Shown here: positions 36,873 to 50,301 of the stretch, one piece after another | Layout: the number at the start of each line of letters is the position of its first letter | How positions within the stretch are numbered: the first letter of the stretch is position 1 | Assembly: GCF_006345805.1 (NCBI RefSeq) | Contig: NC_043007.1 | Coordinates: forward strand, 26,164,001 to 26,228,000 | Reading direction: 5' to 3' | Length of the DNA stretch: 64,000 nucleotides | Origin: Octopus sinensis | Lineage: Eukaryota | Position numbers and translations under genes: made by a program | The notes under the pieces: model-generated | Seen by the model: the letters and a program-made list of their open reading frames with translations, nothing else | Told to the model about the DNA's origin: nothing | Database searches by the model: none

Positions 36873-38968
36873 GTTGTTGTTATTATTATTGCCATTATCA
36901 TAATCTTGAATTTTATTTTATTGTGTTGTCATTGCTGCTACATCGCCATCACCAGGACAATTTTGGCTTCTCTCTCTCTCTGCTCTTTTTTTTTTTTTTT
37001 TTTTTTTTTGTCATTTTGGTCTCTATAAACATACATATGCCACACAACATAGACGTACATGTTTTTTTTTTTTTGTGTGTGTGTACACTCTTTACATATA
37101 GTCTTGTTAAATTGTCTTTTTTTTTTTTTTTTTTATTACACTCCACCATGTCCATCTTCTTGGCAAAACTGGAATTGGCCATCATCAGAATTAGATTCGT
37201 GCATAGCTTTCTTTTTTTTTTCTTTTTTTCTTTCTTTCTTTCCCTCTTATTTCATTCAACAACAAAAAAAAACAAAAAAAATTTCAAGAAAACATGCAAA
37301 CACATAGGAATGGAATTTAACACACACACACACACAAAAAAAATTCAGTCCCTCTCTCTCTGTCTGTCTCTCTCTCTCTCTCCTCAGAAGAAAAAGAAAA
37401 TAATAAGCAAACTTTCAACGAAATTATCTCATTATATACCAAATCTACTAAAAATTCTATTTTCATTGCCTGTTTTTCTTTTTTTTCTTTTTTCCGCCCT
37501 TTTTTATATTTTGTTATTATTATCATTATTATTACTATTTTTGTTTTTCTTCTTGTTTCTGATATCTTCTCTTATAGTTTTCAAAATCTGCATGGATAAT
37601 AAATTTCAGTATTAAACTGTCATAGGTTAATAAAATATACTAGAAACCATAAGCTAAAATCTTGGTTTATTGGCAAAAATGTCTTCGTTTGTTTGTGTTG
37701 CTATATTTTGTTCCCTTTTGAAATAAGCCACCGAAACTGTAAAATTGTGTTTGTTTATTTTCTTTTATTTCATGTTTTTAATCTCCTTCATTTGTGTTTA
37801 TTTCTTTAATTAATTTTTTTTAGTACGTATTTGTATATTTTCTCCTCCCCCACTTTTTTTTTCTGAGAGTGTTCCTTTTGCTGTGTTTTGTTTTTGTCGT
37901 TTCCTTATGGTGGTTTAACCAGAGGAGGAAGGGTATCACCTGTTACCTTCTTCAGGACTTTGATACCTGGTTGGTCGGGGGACGAAATGAGGATCTCATC
38001 TTCCAACTGAGTTTTTTACCTGCATGTTTGCATCGGAGTGGACTCCACTAAAAAGGCAACTACACTCTATATTGGATTAAACAGATTCAGTGTACCATTC
38101 AAAAATAGGAAGAAACCCTCTAATAGAGGCTTCGTGCAGTTTCCGCCTACCAAATTTAACCTAAGACTTTGGCAGGGGTCACTCAAGTTGCTGCATAGCA
38201 TAGCTTCTTCTGAAACCCGCATAGTTGTGGCATGAACTTCATAACCACACAGCCATACCTAATTTGGTGTATCCTAATTATCGTTTTTAATTGCATAATT
38301 AACCATTGGTGGTAATTCAGAGTAAATGAAACCAAATAGTAGATAGTTTTGAGCTTGTGGACCCATATATACACAAATGAATCTACACACACACACACAC
38401 GTGCACCCATGCATGTGCGCCACCTTACAGAGAGTCAGAGATCATCCTCGGTTCCTGGTGATTTCCATCATTATTTTATTTTTTTGGTGTATGTGTGTGT
38501 GTTTTTGGGGTGGGTGGGCCAGTATGGACTGGACTGTAGGCACTTTATATGTCTCTTCACATCTCATACTGCAGCTACTTTAAAAAAAAAATATTAAAAA
38601 ATGACAAAAATGGAAAAAAAAAAACTGAGAAAAGAAAAAGGAAATAATAAATAAAATAAAAATAAATATCCAAAAAAACTAAACCTACATTGCACACATA
38701 TGCATAAATATTACGCATCCCTCTTTCAGCTGTCGATTTTAGTTAATTTTTAATTAATCGAGTTTGAACATTTAAGCAAAACAATACTAAACAAAACAAA
38801 ACAAAAAAAAAAAACAATTTAAAAAAAAAGAAAAAAAGGAAAAAATTACTACATTAACAATTTTAGGACATTGAACTATTTTAACATGTTTCGTTCATTT
38901 TTATCTTCATATATTTGGTCTACATGTACTTAGAGTTTACCAACATACTATTATTGATTATTATATTA

Positions 38969-39003
<35 letters not shown>

Positions 39004-39464
39004 GTCATCATCCATGGATTGAGGAATACATCAAGAGCTTTTCTTTTTCTTAAAACAAGAACTAGGTAATGTCTTTGGAGAAAAAACATGCATAGAAATG
39101 TCAATGATTAATGAAAACGTTCAAAGTTATCACCATTATTATTATTATTATTATTATTATTATAATAACTACTATTATTAATATTATTATTATATTATTA
39201 TTTCCTTTTTTTTTTAAACATTGTTTTGTATGATTTCTTCTTCAAAGTAATATTGTCATAAAGAAAAAAAAAATTCATCGCAGTGTTTTTTTATATTCAT
39301 CACACTTACCTTAACATGCCAGTTTGTTACGTGAAAACAAAAATAAAAACCAAATGCACTGTTCTCGGTTAACAAATAAAGAAAAAGGTGTAGGAACTAA
39401 GAGTTATATCTTTGCTGTATATTTTGACTTGTTGATTTTAGTTCCCTCAACTCACAGTCTTCTT

Positions 39465-40015
39465 TAACAACAACAACAGCAGCTTGTCCTATTTCAACAA
39501 CATCAACAACAGCTTGTCCTATTACTGCTACTACAACTGCTTGTCCTACAACTACAACAGTTTGTCCTACTTCTACAACAGCTTGTCCTCCTGCTACTAC
39601 TACCACTACTATTACATAGGGTTCTGCTACAACAGCTTGTACTACTACTACTACTACTACTACTACAACAACAACATAAGGTTGTTCTGCTACAACAGCT
39701 TGTCCTCCTCCTACTACTACTACAACAACAGTTTGTCCTACTACTACAGCTTGTCCTACTACAACAACAACAGTTTGTCCTACTACAACAACTTGTCCTA
39801 CTACTGAAACAACAGCTTCTGCTATTACTACAACAGCTTGTCCTACTGCTACAAGAACTTGTCTTCCTCCTCCTACTACTACTTGTCCTAGAACTCCAAC
39901 AACAGTTTGTCCTACTACTAAAACAACAGCTTGTCCTATTACTACTACAACAACTACTTGTCCTACTGCTACAAGAACTTCTCCTCCTCCTCCTACCACT
40001 ACTACAACAGCAATG
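39465..40015. repeat. Triplet-phased minisatellite (acaaca)gcttgtcct(actact)
   Basis: About 20 units of (g/a)(c/t)ttgtcct core separated by ACA/ACT runs. Confidence 0.9.
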
Positions 40016-40572
40016 GCATCTGTGAGCATCTATGCAGTCCATCACTTGACTTGTTTTGAAATGGTAGTCAAAGCACAGGCTTGGCTGTGTGGCAAGAAGT
40101 TTGCTTCCTAACCACATGGTTCTGGGATCAGTCTCTGTGCATAGCACCTTGGGCATGTGTTTTCTACTGTAGCTCTGGGGCAGCCAAAGTCTTGTGAGTG
40201 GATTTGATAACTAGAAATTGAAAGAAGCCTGTTGTGTGTGGGTGGGTGGGTGAAACATAAAAGAATGTGTGTGTTTGTCCCCCATCACTGCTTGTCAACT
40301 GGTGTTGGTGTGTTTATGTCCCCTTAGCTTAGTAGTTTAACAAAAATTACTGGTGTTGATTTGTTTAGTTAATATGTTTCATGGTGGTGCTCAAGTATGG
40401 CCACATTTTGATGACTGAAACAAGTAAATCTTTCATTGAATTTATTTGAAAAGGAAGGACATATTGGAAGTTGGTTAATATAGTACTTGATACCACAGCC
40501 TGGCAGATAAAGATGGGTTGGTTAAAACTGGAATGCCTCTGATCGTAGCTAGATTTGTTCACTCAGGGTTAA

Positions 40573-41020
40573 CCTATCAATCTATCCGCTCAGTTGAAGT
40601 CGACTCTCGGTTACTCGATGGGTCAGTGTCCTCCAGTCAGTTCTATCCTGGGCCACTTCTTTCAGATTGGCTATGTCCATTCCAGTATCACTCTTGATGG
40701 TGTCAAGCCAGCGGGTTCTTGGTTGGCCTCTTCCTCTCTTGCCACTGACCATTCCGAGCATGATGTCCTTCTCCAGGGATTTTCTCTGCATTATATGACC
40801 AAAATATGCCAATCTATGCTTGGTGATCCTAGCTTCTAGCGACATTTTCGGCCTGATCTGCTTAAGAACTTCTCCATTGGTGAGCCTCGCTGTCCATGGA
40901 ATCTGTAAAAGTCTTCTCCAACACCAAAGCTCCAATGCATTAATTCTCTTCTGGTCAGCTTTCTTTAGTGTCCAGGTCTCGCATCCATATGTTGCTATTG
41001 GGAAGACAATAGGCTAACCT
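40573..41020 (-). mobile_element. RTE-clade (BovB-like) LINE, 5'-truncated, with TSD
   Basis: ORF 40582-40935: ELWCWRRLLQIPWTAR..LAYFGHIMQR..GKRGRGQPRTRWLD; AGGGTTAA at 40565-40572 and 41021-41028. Confidence 0.9.
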
Positions 41021-41334
41021 AGGGTTAAAGAAAATCTACTATTAAAACTACCCAAACTAAAGATGGAGCCTCTACCATGGTTCCTTGTTCTTTTTAAAAA
41101 TAGCAGCCAAATATCCCTAAATACAAACCATAATATATTTAAAACAGAATGGACACATGGAATTGTATTGTCCCAGATACGCTGTGTGTTAAGGCAAAAA
41201 GTATGAAAGATGGAATCATTTCAGCTAGGACACCTTTAATTATATGTGTCCTGGATCAAGATTTTATGAATAATCAGCAACAGCAATTTTCTGTGCCAGT
41301 GGTTCCCAGTCCAAGGTCTGTGAGTTGTGTTTAA

Positions 41335-41548
41335 TCCTTTAGCATTCACATTATTTTGTCAAATGTAATGCTTATTTATTCACATTGTTTTGAATTAATC
41401 ATGAATTGTGTTGTAGCTTTGAGATCTTGATGATGTGACCTCATTTTTTAGAATGTCATTGTAGAAGGGAGACACCAGATCTGACCAGTTTGAGCTTACA
41501 TCAGGCAGAATATTTTGGCTGGGCGTGGCCGGTTTAAATGATAAAGGG
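41335..41548. mobile_element. piggyBac-like MITE family 2
   Basis: TTAA|TCCTTTAGCATT..ATGATAAAGGG|CTAA. Confidence 0.7.
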
Positions 41549-43895
41549 CTAAACTTTCAAAAGGCTGCAGTTATTCAGTTTACCTTATTTCTTTACTACC
41601 CACAAGGGGCTACACACAGAGGGGACAAACAAGGTCAAACAAACGGATTAAGTCGATTACATCAATCCCAGTGCTTGACTGGTACTTATTTAATTGATCC
41701 CGAAAGGATGAAAGGCAAAGTCGACCTCAGCAGAATTTGAACTCAGAACATAGCGGCAGATGAAATACCGCTAAGCATTTCGCCTGACATGCCAACGTTT
41801 CTTATTTCTTTATTGCCCACAAGGGGACAAACAGGGACAGACAAATGTATTAAGTCGGTTACATCAACCCCAGTGCGTAACTGGTACTTAATTTATTGAC
41901 CCCGAAAGGATGAAAGGCAAAGTCGACCGTGGCAGAATTTGAACTCAGAACTTAGCGGCAGATGAAATACCGCTAAGCATTTCGCCTGGCATGCTAACGT
42001 TTCTGCCAGCTCACCGCTTTTGTTTATTCAGTTTATTGTTCTACTTTTGAGATGACACATGGTAAAGGAGCTTATTTTTTCATATTTTCTTTGTTTCAAT
42101 CATTAGACTGTGGCCATGCTGGGGCATCACTCCAGTATGGGAATCAACTCCAGTATGGGAATCAACTCCAGTATTTACTTTTTTTTTTTTTTTTGAAGGC
42201 TTGATACATGTTCTATCAGTCTCTTTGGCTGAACTGCTAAGTTACACAGATGTGAACATACCAACACTGGTTTTCAATCAGCGACAGAGGACAGACACAC
42301 ACATGCATACATATATATCATCATTATCATCATCATTGTATAATGTCCATCTTTCAAGTTAGCATGGATGGGGCAGTAGCACAAGAGCTGGTCAGGCCAA
42401 AGCCTGCATTAGACTTCTGTGACTGTTTTGGCAGGATTTTTACAGCTAGATGCCCTTCCTAACACCAACCACTCAGAAGAGTGGACTTAGTGCTTTTTAT
42501 GAGGCACAAGGCGAGGTCAGTTTTGCCAAGGTTTTTACAGCTGGATGCTCTTCCAAACACCAACCACATTACAGGGTCACCAAGTACTTGTAATATATAC
42601 ACACACACATACATGGTACGTTTCTGTCAGTTTTCATCCACCAAATCTACTCATAAAGTTTTGGTTGGTTCAGAGCTGTAGTAGAAGACACTTGTCCAAG
42701 GTGCCATGCAATGGGACTGAACCTAGAATGATACGGTTGGGAAGCAAACTTCTTACCACACAGCCACACCTGTACCTAAAACCTGCTTATTGTGGGAAAA
42801 TTCATTTTATAGTGTCAAGAATGGGAACCACTCTTCTTCACGTGCTAGAAACAGCAGCTAAATCTTGCTTAATGCAAACAGGTCCTCCTGCATTTCTCAG
42901 CACACTGGGTTGCTATCTTTGAGGCCCTAATTTGTTTTCGGCATTTCTCCACATCGTTGCTCTACTTGTTGATCATCCTCTTAATTTTTCATCTTGCTGT
43001 TACTTCAGTGATCCCTGATATTTACAGGGTCAGGTTGCTACCCTGTCATCCAGCCCTCTTGCTTCTTCTGGGTTTGGGACCTGCATTGGCATTCAAACAG
43101 TACTGTCTTCAAAAAACAAAAGATAAAATGTAGTTTTACTTTCACTATATCTGGTAGTAAATGCACACACACATGCATTGATATGGTCAAGACTAGAACA
43201 GAATACTTTTTGATTAAAGGATTGAATTAGAATAAGCTATATCATCATCATTTAACATAATTTTCCTTGCTGGCATGGGTTGGACGGTTTGACTGGAGTT
43301 GGCAAGCTGGAGAACTGCACCACGCTCCAGTTGTTTCGGTAAAGCTTCTATGGCTGGATGCCCTTCCTAACACCAGCCACTTTACAGAGTGTACTGGGTG
43401 CTTACTTTTTTTTATTAAGAATAAAAAAACAACAAAAAGGAGCTTTTTTATATTTTAGAATACTGTCGTAATTTTAACGTCATCTTTTCCATGCTTGTAT
43501 GGGTCGGGCGGCTACGACCTGGTGCCAATCTTCACTTGTTTTCAAGCAAGGTAATATTTCCCTGTGGCCAGAAGACAAGTTTGCCCGGAAGATATTGGAA
43601 AGAATGACACTGCTTGTCTGACAGCGACACTTATTTTCATCTGTCATGCAATATCAAGACAAGGACACACATATATATATATATATGGCAGGCTTCATTC
43701 AGTTTCTATCTATCACATTCACTCACAAGACTTTGGTCATCCTAACACTTTAGTAGAAGACATTTGCCCAAGTTTGCTGTACAATGGAACTGAACCCAAG
43801 ACTGCATGGATGGGAAGCAAACTCCTTAACCATACATGCACCTAGTTTAAATCATATATCAATACAGCTTATATAAAATGAAAAAGTAATAACCA

Positions 43896-44211
43896 CTATC
43901 TATCTATCTGCTCAGTCGAAGTCACTCATTGGATCAGTGTCCTCCAATCAGTTCAATCATGGGCCGCTTCTTTCAGATTGGCTATGTCCATTCCAGTATC
44001 CCTCTTGATGGTGTCAAGCCAGCGGGTTCTTGGTCGGCCTCTTCCTCTCTTGCCACTGACCATTCCGAGCATGATGTCCTTCTCAAGGGATTTTCTCGCA
44101 TATGCCAATCTATGCTTTGTAAATCCTAGCTTCTAGCGACATTTTCGGCCTGATTTGCTTAAGAACTTCTCCATTGGTGAGCCTCGCTGTCCATGGAATC
44201 CGTAAAAGTCT
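43896..44211 (-). mobile_element. RTE-clade LINE 3' fragment (second copy)
   Basis: Closely similar to 40573-40915, (GATA)n tail, small internal deletion. Confidence 0.85.
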
Positions 44212-46298
44212 TAGATTATCTACCATCGTTATCATCATTGTTATCTTTTGATGTTCATTGTCCATTCAGGTATGGGTTGGATAGTTTGGCAAAATCCACT
44301 GGGTCCTAAGACTGTGCCTTATTCTGAAGTTTGCTTTGGCATAGTTTCTACAGCCAAATGCACTTCTGAACATCAAACCAATTTACGGAGTGTATTGGGT
44401 CCTTTTTATTTTCGTGACACCTAGAGTACCTACCCTTGTAACAATTGTGCAACACGTTATGCATGATATAAGCAGCAAAAATTTTTGCACCAAAATCAAA
44501 GTGCATATTACACATGGACTCACTTCTAGGATTCTGTTATTTTTTTATAGCATAGAAGAACATTTTCAGAATTTCTCTGATTGGTGAAAGAAAGGAAATT
44601 ATTCTAAGATCAAAAACATGGCCTGAATGCCTAGTACAATGTGGCTTCTTCTAAATGTACTTGAGAGTCTGGTGGTGGTGTTGAACCAGAAGACAAGAAC
44701 AGGAATGGTTCAACAAGATTTCACACTAGTTCTGTTTATCAAATTTAATTTTTTCATGCATTATTCTATGGCCAGATGCTCTTCCTGAAGCTAACCCTCG
44801 TTTTCAAGTAAGGTAACTCATTCTGCATCTTTGCACTTAGAACTGTTACTTGACATTTCCTGTATGGGAGAACTGTCACTGCTACCTAACTCTAAGATAC
44901 AGTACAACTTCCTGTTTCTCTCTCTCTCTCATACACACATATGACTGGCTTCGTTACAGTTTCTGTCAAATTCCATTCATAAGGCATTGGTTAGCCCAGA
45001 ACTGTTATAGGAAGACACTCAAGGCTCTGCAGAGTGGGTTCAAACACAACCACATGGTTGTGAAACATTTTTTTAAACCACACGGCCAGAAAGTTTGAGG
45101 GAGGTTACCTTCAGTTAATTTGATCTCAGTATGTTACTGGTGCTTATTTTATCGGCATAGAGTGAAAGACTAAGTTCATCATTCATCATCACCTGACGTT
45201 CCTTTTCTCCATATTCACATGGGCCAGATGCAATTTATTGAAGCAGATTTTCTACGGCCGGGCGCCTTCCCTGTCACCAGCATTCGTCTGTTCACAAGCA
45301 ACGTAATATTTTCCAATGTCTAGACATGTTTCCCACGGAAGACTGGAAACAGTGAACGTTTTTATAAATCATAAAATGACATAGGTAAACTATTAGCTAT
45401 TCGATCTATCGATTTAACTGACTACTAATCGCCATGGCAACAATAAATCTCTAGTTGGAGTATTGTGAATGCTGTTGAACAAAACTTTGATCTCCATATT
45501 TCAAGTTAATTAGAAGTTTTCATTTAATGATGTAATTAGTTAAGACAGTGTTCGGGTGTCAGCTCTCACGAAATACAGGGAAGCTAGTCGTTATCGTTTT
45601 AATATCTCTTTCTCTATGCTTGCATAGAACAAACGAAATTTGTTGAAGCAGTTCTTCTACGGCTGGATGCTCCTCCTGTCACCAACTCTCACCTGTTTGC
45701 AAGGGAGGTAATAATTCCCCTAACCCGTCTTTCGAACACAAAACACAGTGGACAGACATGTTTTCACAGTAGATTGCAAACAGAAAACTGTTTGTGTCAT
45801 ACTCCCTCTTTTACTCTTTTAATTGTTTCAAGATGGAGCACCGCCTTTAGTCGAGCAAATCGACCCCAGGACTTATTCTTTGTAAACCTAGTACTTATTC
45901 TATTAGTCTCTTTTGCCGAACCCAAAGTTACGAGGACGTAAACACACAACCATCGGTTGTCAAGCGATGTTGTGGGGACAAACACCGATACACATGCATA
46001 CATACAAAAATACATACATACATATTGCAAATAAGAAAATGGAGAAGCACATTAGTTGGTTCATCAACCTTAGGATATTATCAAACGACAACCATAATAA
46101 CATACATAAGATAAGAATACGAGTAGTTATTAAAAGATGAATATAAATTACATATATATACGACGGGCTTCTTTCAGTTTCCGTCTACCAATTCCACTCA
46201 CAAGGCTTTGGTCGGCCCGAGGCTATTGTAGAAGACACTTACCCAAGGTGCCACGCAGTGGGACTGAACCCAGAACCATGTGGTTGGTAAGCAAGCTA

Positions 46299-46864
46299 TT
46301 GGGTTGTCCGGAAAGTTCGTGCCGATGTTTAAAGGAAAGAAAAAGCTCAATAAATACTTGCCATTACATTTTTAATCAACTTAATATGAACCATTTTGTT
46401 GCACAATGCACCTCCATCTTTCCTTTAACTTGAAAATACCCTCTTCCTAGAATTGAGGTGGTTTCATGGCAAAGAATTCATCAAGGTATCTTTTTACCTC
46501 ATCCAAGGAATTGAAATTTTTACTATTAAGACTATTCTGCAGAGGCCTGAATAAGTGGAAATCCGAAGGAGCAATATCTTGTGAATATAGAGGGTGGGGT
46601 AACACATTCCAGCCGAGCTGCAGCAATTTTTGTCTGGTTCCCAAAGCATCAAGTACCGAAAATGAACTTTCTTATCTTCCATTTTAAAGGGTTACAGAAT
46701 GAACACAGGTTATAGGAACATAAACCTTCTTCCACGAAAAGATAGCTTAAACTGTGCTCTAAATGGAGGTGTAGTCAAATCCTATTTTATGGACTCAACC
46801 ATGTTCTAAAATAAGTCGAAAAGTAAGCTACTATAAATCGGCACGAACTTTCCGGACAACCCAA
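46299..46864 (-). mobile_element. Internally deleted mariner element inserted in a SINE
   Basis: TA|TTGGGTTGTCCGGAAAGTTCGTGCCGAT TIRs, TA TSD; YSQDIAPSDFHLF motif; flanks rejoin to the SINE sequence AAGCTACTTACC. Confidence 0.93.
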
Positions 46865-46954
46865 TACTTACCACACAGCCACTCCTGCGCCTATAAAAGT
46901 TCATATGAATTTTTTTTTACAATTAGCGCACGGTATCAAGACCATAAGATACTG

Positions 46955-47269
46955 ACATTCCGTCGGTTACGATGCGGAGTATTCTAGTTGATACGATCAC
47001 TGGAACAGGCTGCTTGTGAAATTAACATGCAAGTGGCTGGATACTCCACAATGCGCCCTTAGCGTACTTCTTAAAGAGATTCAGCGTAACAGAATGTGAC
47101 AAGACTGGCCTTTTGAAACGCAGTGACTACTCATTTTTGCTCTTCGAGTGGCCTGCAGCATCGGGAAATAAAGTGTCTTGCTCAAGGACACAACGCGCCG
47201 CCGAGTATCGATCTCACGATCGCAAGATCGTGAACCGGGCACTCTAACTACTAAGTTACGCGCCTTCAC
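46955..47269 (-). mobile_element. SINE with a different tRNA head, core-like body and family D tail type 1
   Basis: gtgaaggcgcgtaacttagtagttagag head, gtgtccttgagcaagacac body, tail homologous to 47874-48060. Confidence 0.7.
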
Positions 47270-47873
47270 TGAGACAAGGCGTTATAAACATGCATGCACG
47301 CACATATATACAGATTCAACAGGCTTCTTTCGGTTTCCATCTATCAAGGCTTAGAGCTATGGTAGAAGACAATTGCCCAAAGTGTTATATAGTAGGACTG
47401 AACCCGAAACCATGAGGTTTCGGACCGCACTTCTTAACCACGGTCATGTCTGCGTCTTTCCAACAGATTAATTCCTCACTTGTTAAGGACTTCACTTTAA
47501 CAAAATGCAACCATTGACAGACCCTCTAAAGAATACAGGCTAGTTGTCTTCATCAATGCGATATCTGTTTGTCAAACCACTAAGTTATGGACATTAAGAC
47601 ATTGTACTTTCTCGAGTGGTATCAGCGTAAAAACTGACACAGATAAACACGTCCTTACATACAACAGTCTTCCTCATAGTTTCCACTTACCAATTTTCTC
47701 TCATAACCCCAAAAGTATAGAAAAATCTAGCCAAAAGTTCCATGCTGCGGCACCATACTTCTACCCGCACCTATGAGAGGACAAATCGTTCAACTTCCTG
47801 GATAGGACGGCTAACTATCGTAAGTAACTTTCCCCCCTGGAACAATTTAACCTACCACTGCTTGCCAATGGAT

Positions 47874-48248
47874 GGAAGCACTCCGTCGGTTACGACGATG
47901 AGGGTTCCGGTTGATCCGAATCAACGGAACAGCCTGCTCGTGAAATTAACGTGTAAGTGGCTGAGCACTCCACAGACACGTGCACCCTTAACGTAGTTCT
48001 CGGGGATATTCAGCGTGACACAGAGAGTGACAAGGCCAGCCCCTTGAAATACAGGTACAACAGAAACAGGAAGTAAGAGTGAGAGAAAGTTGTGGTGAAA
48101 GAGTACAGCAGGGATCACCATGACACCCTGCCGGAGCCTCGTGGAGCTTTTTTTTAGGTGTTTTCGCTCAATAAACACTCACAACGCCCGGTCTGGGAAT
48201 CGAAACCGCGAGTCCGCTGCCCTAACCACTGGGCCATTGCGCCTCCAC
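47874..48248 (-). mobile_element. tRNA-derived SINE family D (tail type 1)
   Basis: Same head as 8966-9266 but tail ending gtcgtaaccgacggagtgcttcc; near-identical 5'-truncated copy 53381-53695 (+). Confidence 0.8.
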
Positions 48249-48359
48249 TGCTTGCCAATACATCGCTTATCAATTACTGGTTGATACTTATTACCATTGC
48301 TAGCTTTAATATCCTGCGATATCTCCTCAAAGCAAAAAAGGAGTGGTACCACTCTATAG

Positions 48360-48790
48360 AATCTATTTAGAACAAGGTGGACTGTACCATCATGTGGACC
48401 ATACATTAGAACAAGGCGAACTATTATTTTGTGGTATCTACTAACAAAAGTGGAATGAACTGTATCTACTTAGAACTAATGCGAACTGTATCACATAGTA
48501 GTATCTATTTAGAACAAGGTGGACTGTACCAGCCTGTGAAACCTCTAGAACAAAGTGGACTGTACCAGCTGTGAAACCTCTTTAGAACCGTACCAGTTTG
48601 TAATTTTAGACCAAGATGAAGTGTGTTTCCATGTGGAATCTACTTAGTACAAAGTGGACTGTACTACTTTGAAATGTATATTTAGAACTAGATGCACTAT
48701 ACCACCTTGTGACACCTACTTAGAACAAGGTGGACTGTACCATTCTGCTATACGTACTTAGAACTAAATGCACTATTTCACCTTTGTAGA
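48360..48790. repeat. Degenerate ~38-bp minisatellite, about 12 units
   Basis: Core tagaacaaggtggactgtacca plus a variable ccttgtggaatctact-like segment. Confidence 0.85.
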
Positions 48791-48865
48791 ATCTACAATA
48801 ATGATAATAATAATAACATCGAAAAATACCTTAGGAATGAGAACCCAGGTTCGAAATTTCCCCAA

Positions 48866-48908
48866 GACACCTGATGAAGGCTGGAGAGTATGTGAGCCGA
48901 AACGTGTT
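48866..48908 (+). ncRNA. Degenerate hammerhead-like motif in a Penelope-like terminal fragment (about 48790-48950)
   Basis: GACAC-CUGAUGA-A-GGCU..AGCC-GAAAC-GUGUU: core boxes, helix II and helix I arms, but no NUH triplet between GAAAC and helix I. Confidence 0.5.
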
Positions 48909-49914
48909 AACAACAAACAAGAGGACAAATATCCGTCAAATGTAAATAATGTGGAATTGTTGATGTGAACTCTGAAGAAGAGGGTGTCTCTTGTAAGAAA
49001 AGGATTTTTGTGCAGAGTTTGTTGGTAAGTAATGGACAGGTAAATAGTTCCGGAAGAGAAAGCTTTCGGTATTCAAAAATAAAACGAGCTGTTATGAGTG
49101 CTTTTTGAAAAGGGGGGAATCGAGTTCGAGAGCATGCAATGCAGGCTACCCTCTTCATCAGCCGTCGACTGGCATTCATAGCAATTTCAGCACCTTTCGA
49201 CAATCGCTCCTTCAAGTGCTGTTTGTAAACCTTGATACTATCGGAGAATGTATGGGTTATTTTGGCCCATAGTCATGTACATTTTTTTATATTTATCATC
49301 CAACCAACCAACCAACCAACCAACCAACCAACCAACTGACCGACCAACCAGCCAACTAACCGACAAACCAACATAACATACTGTCAGTAGCTGCAACCAC
49401 CACAACCATACAACTATTTTCTTTTACTAATCACTAAGAATTTGTTCTTTGGTCCCAGATTTAGTCCACTTGCCGCATACATCTATAGTATCTGTTATGA
49501 AGTATTTTCTACTTTGAGGTTTGCTGTCCTTGTTACGTGCTACCAAGCCATCACATGCTCAGGTGTGATGGCAGTCTGTGCTTAACTATGTATTTATGTA
49601 CAGGTTTCGTATCCGGAACTAGAAAGAAAACACTTGAAGGTTTCATACAGCCAACATTTTAACTAAACATCTGTAATCGTCAGCGGATGGAATGTGAAAT
49701 GTAATCAGATTTCAACTTGAACAAGCACAATGTGACTGCAAAAAGCTTTTTGGTATGGCCTTTTATTCTTTTGTATGCATATGCACTCACACACACAGAC
49801 ACACACACAAACGAACAAACGCGCACACACACAAACACAATAATACAAATGCGTACGCACACTCACACAAACATATACACACATAAACACGCACACACAC
49901 ACACAATGTTTGTA

Positions 49915-50017
49915 TGCATATGCATGTATGTATGTATGTATCTATCTATCTATCTATCAATCAATCAATCTCTCTCTCTATCTGTCTGCCTGCCTGCCTG
50001 CCTGCCTGTCTGTCTGC

Positions 50018-50099
<82 letters not shown>

Positions 50100-50124
50100 G
50101 TCTGTCTGTCTGTCTGTCTCTCTC

Positions 50125-50189
<65 letters not shown>

Positions 50190-50213
50190 ATAGACAGAGA
50201 GAGAGAGAGAGAC

Positions 50214-50300
<87 letters not shown>
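49915..50300. repeat. Compound (TATC)n/(TGCC)n/(TA)n microsatellite
   Basis: Direct reading. Confidence 0.95.

Positions 50301-50301
<1 letters not shown>

Noticed and set aside
36923-37615. 230-aa hydrophobic plus-strand ORF
   Set aside because: Poly-T runs give F/L-rich artefact in UTR-like DNA
42790-43130. Possible minus-strand exon with a good acceptor
   Set aside because: All three frames stop early and no motif recognised; at most non-coding
48360-48790. CRISPR-like array
   Set aside because: Eukaryotic context, no cas genes, and the apparent spacers are homologous to each other
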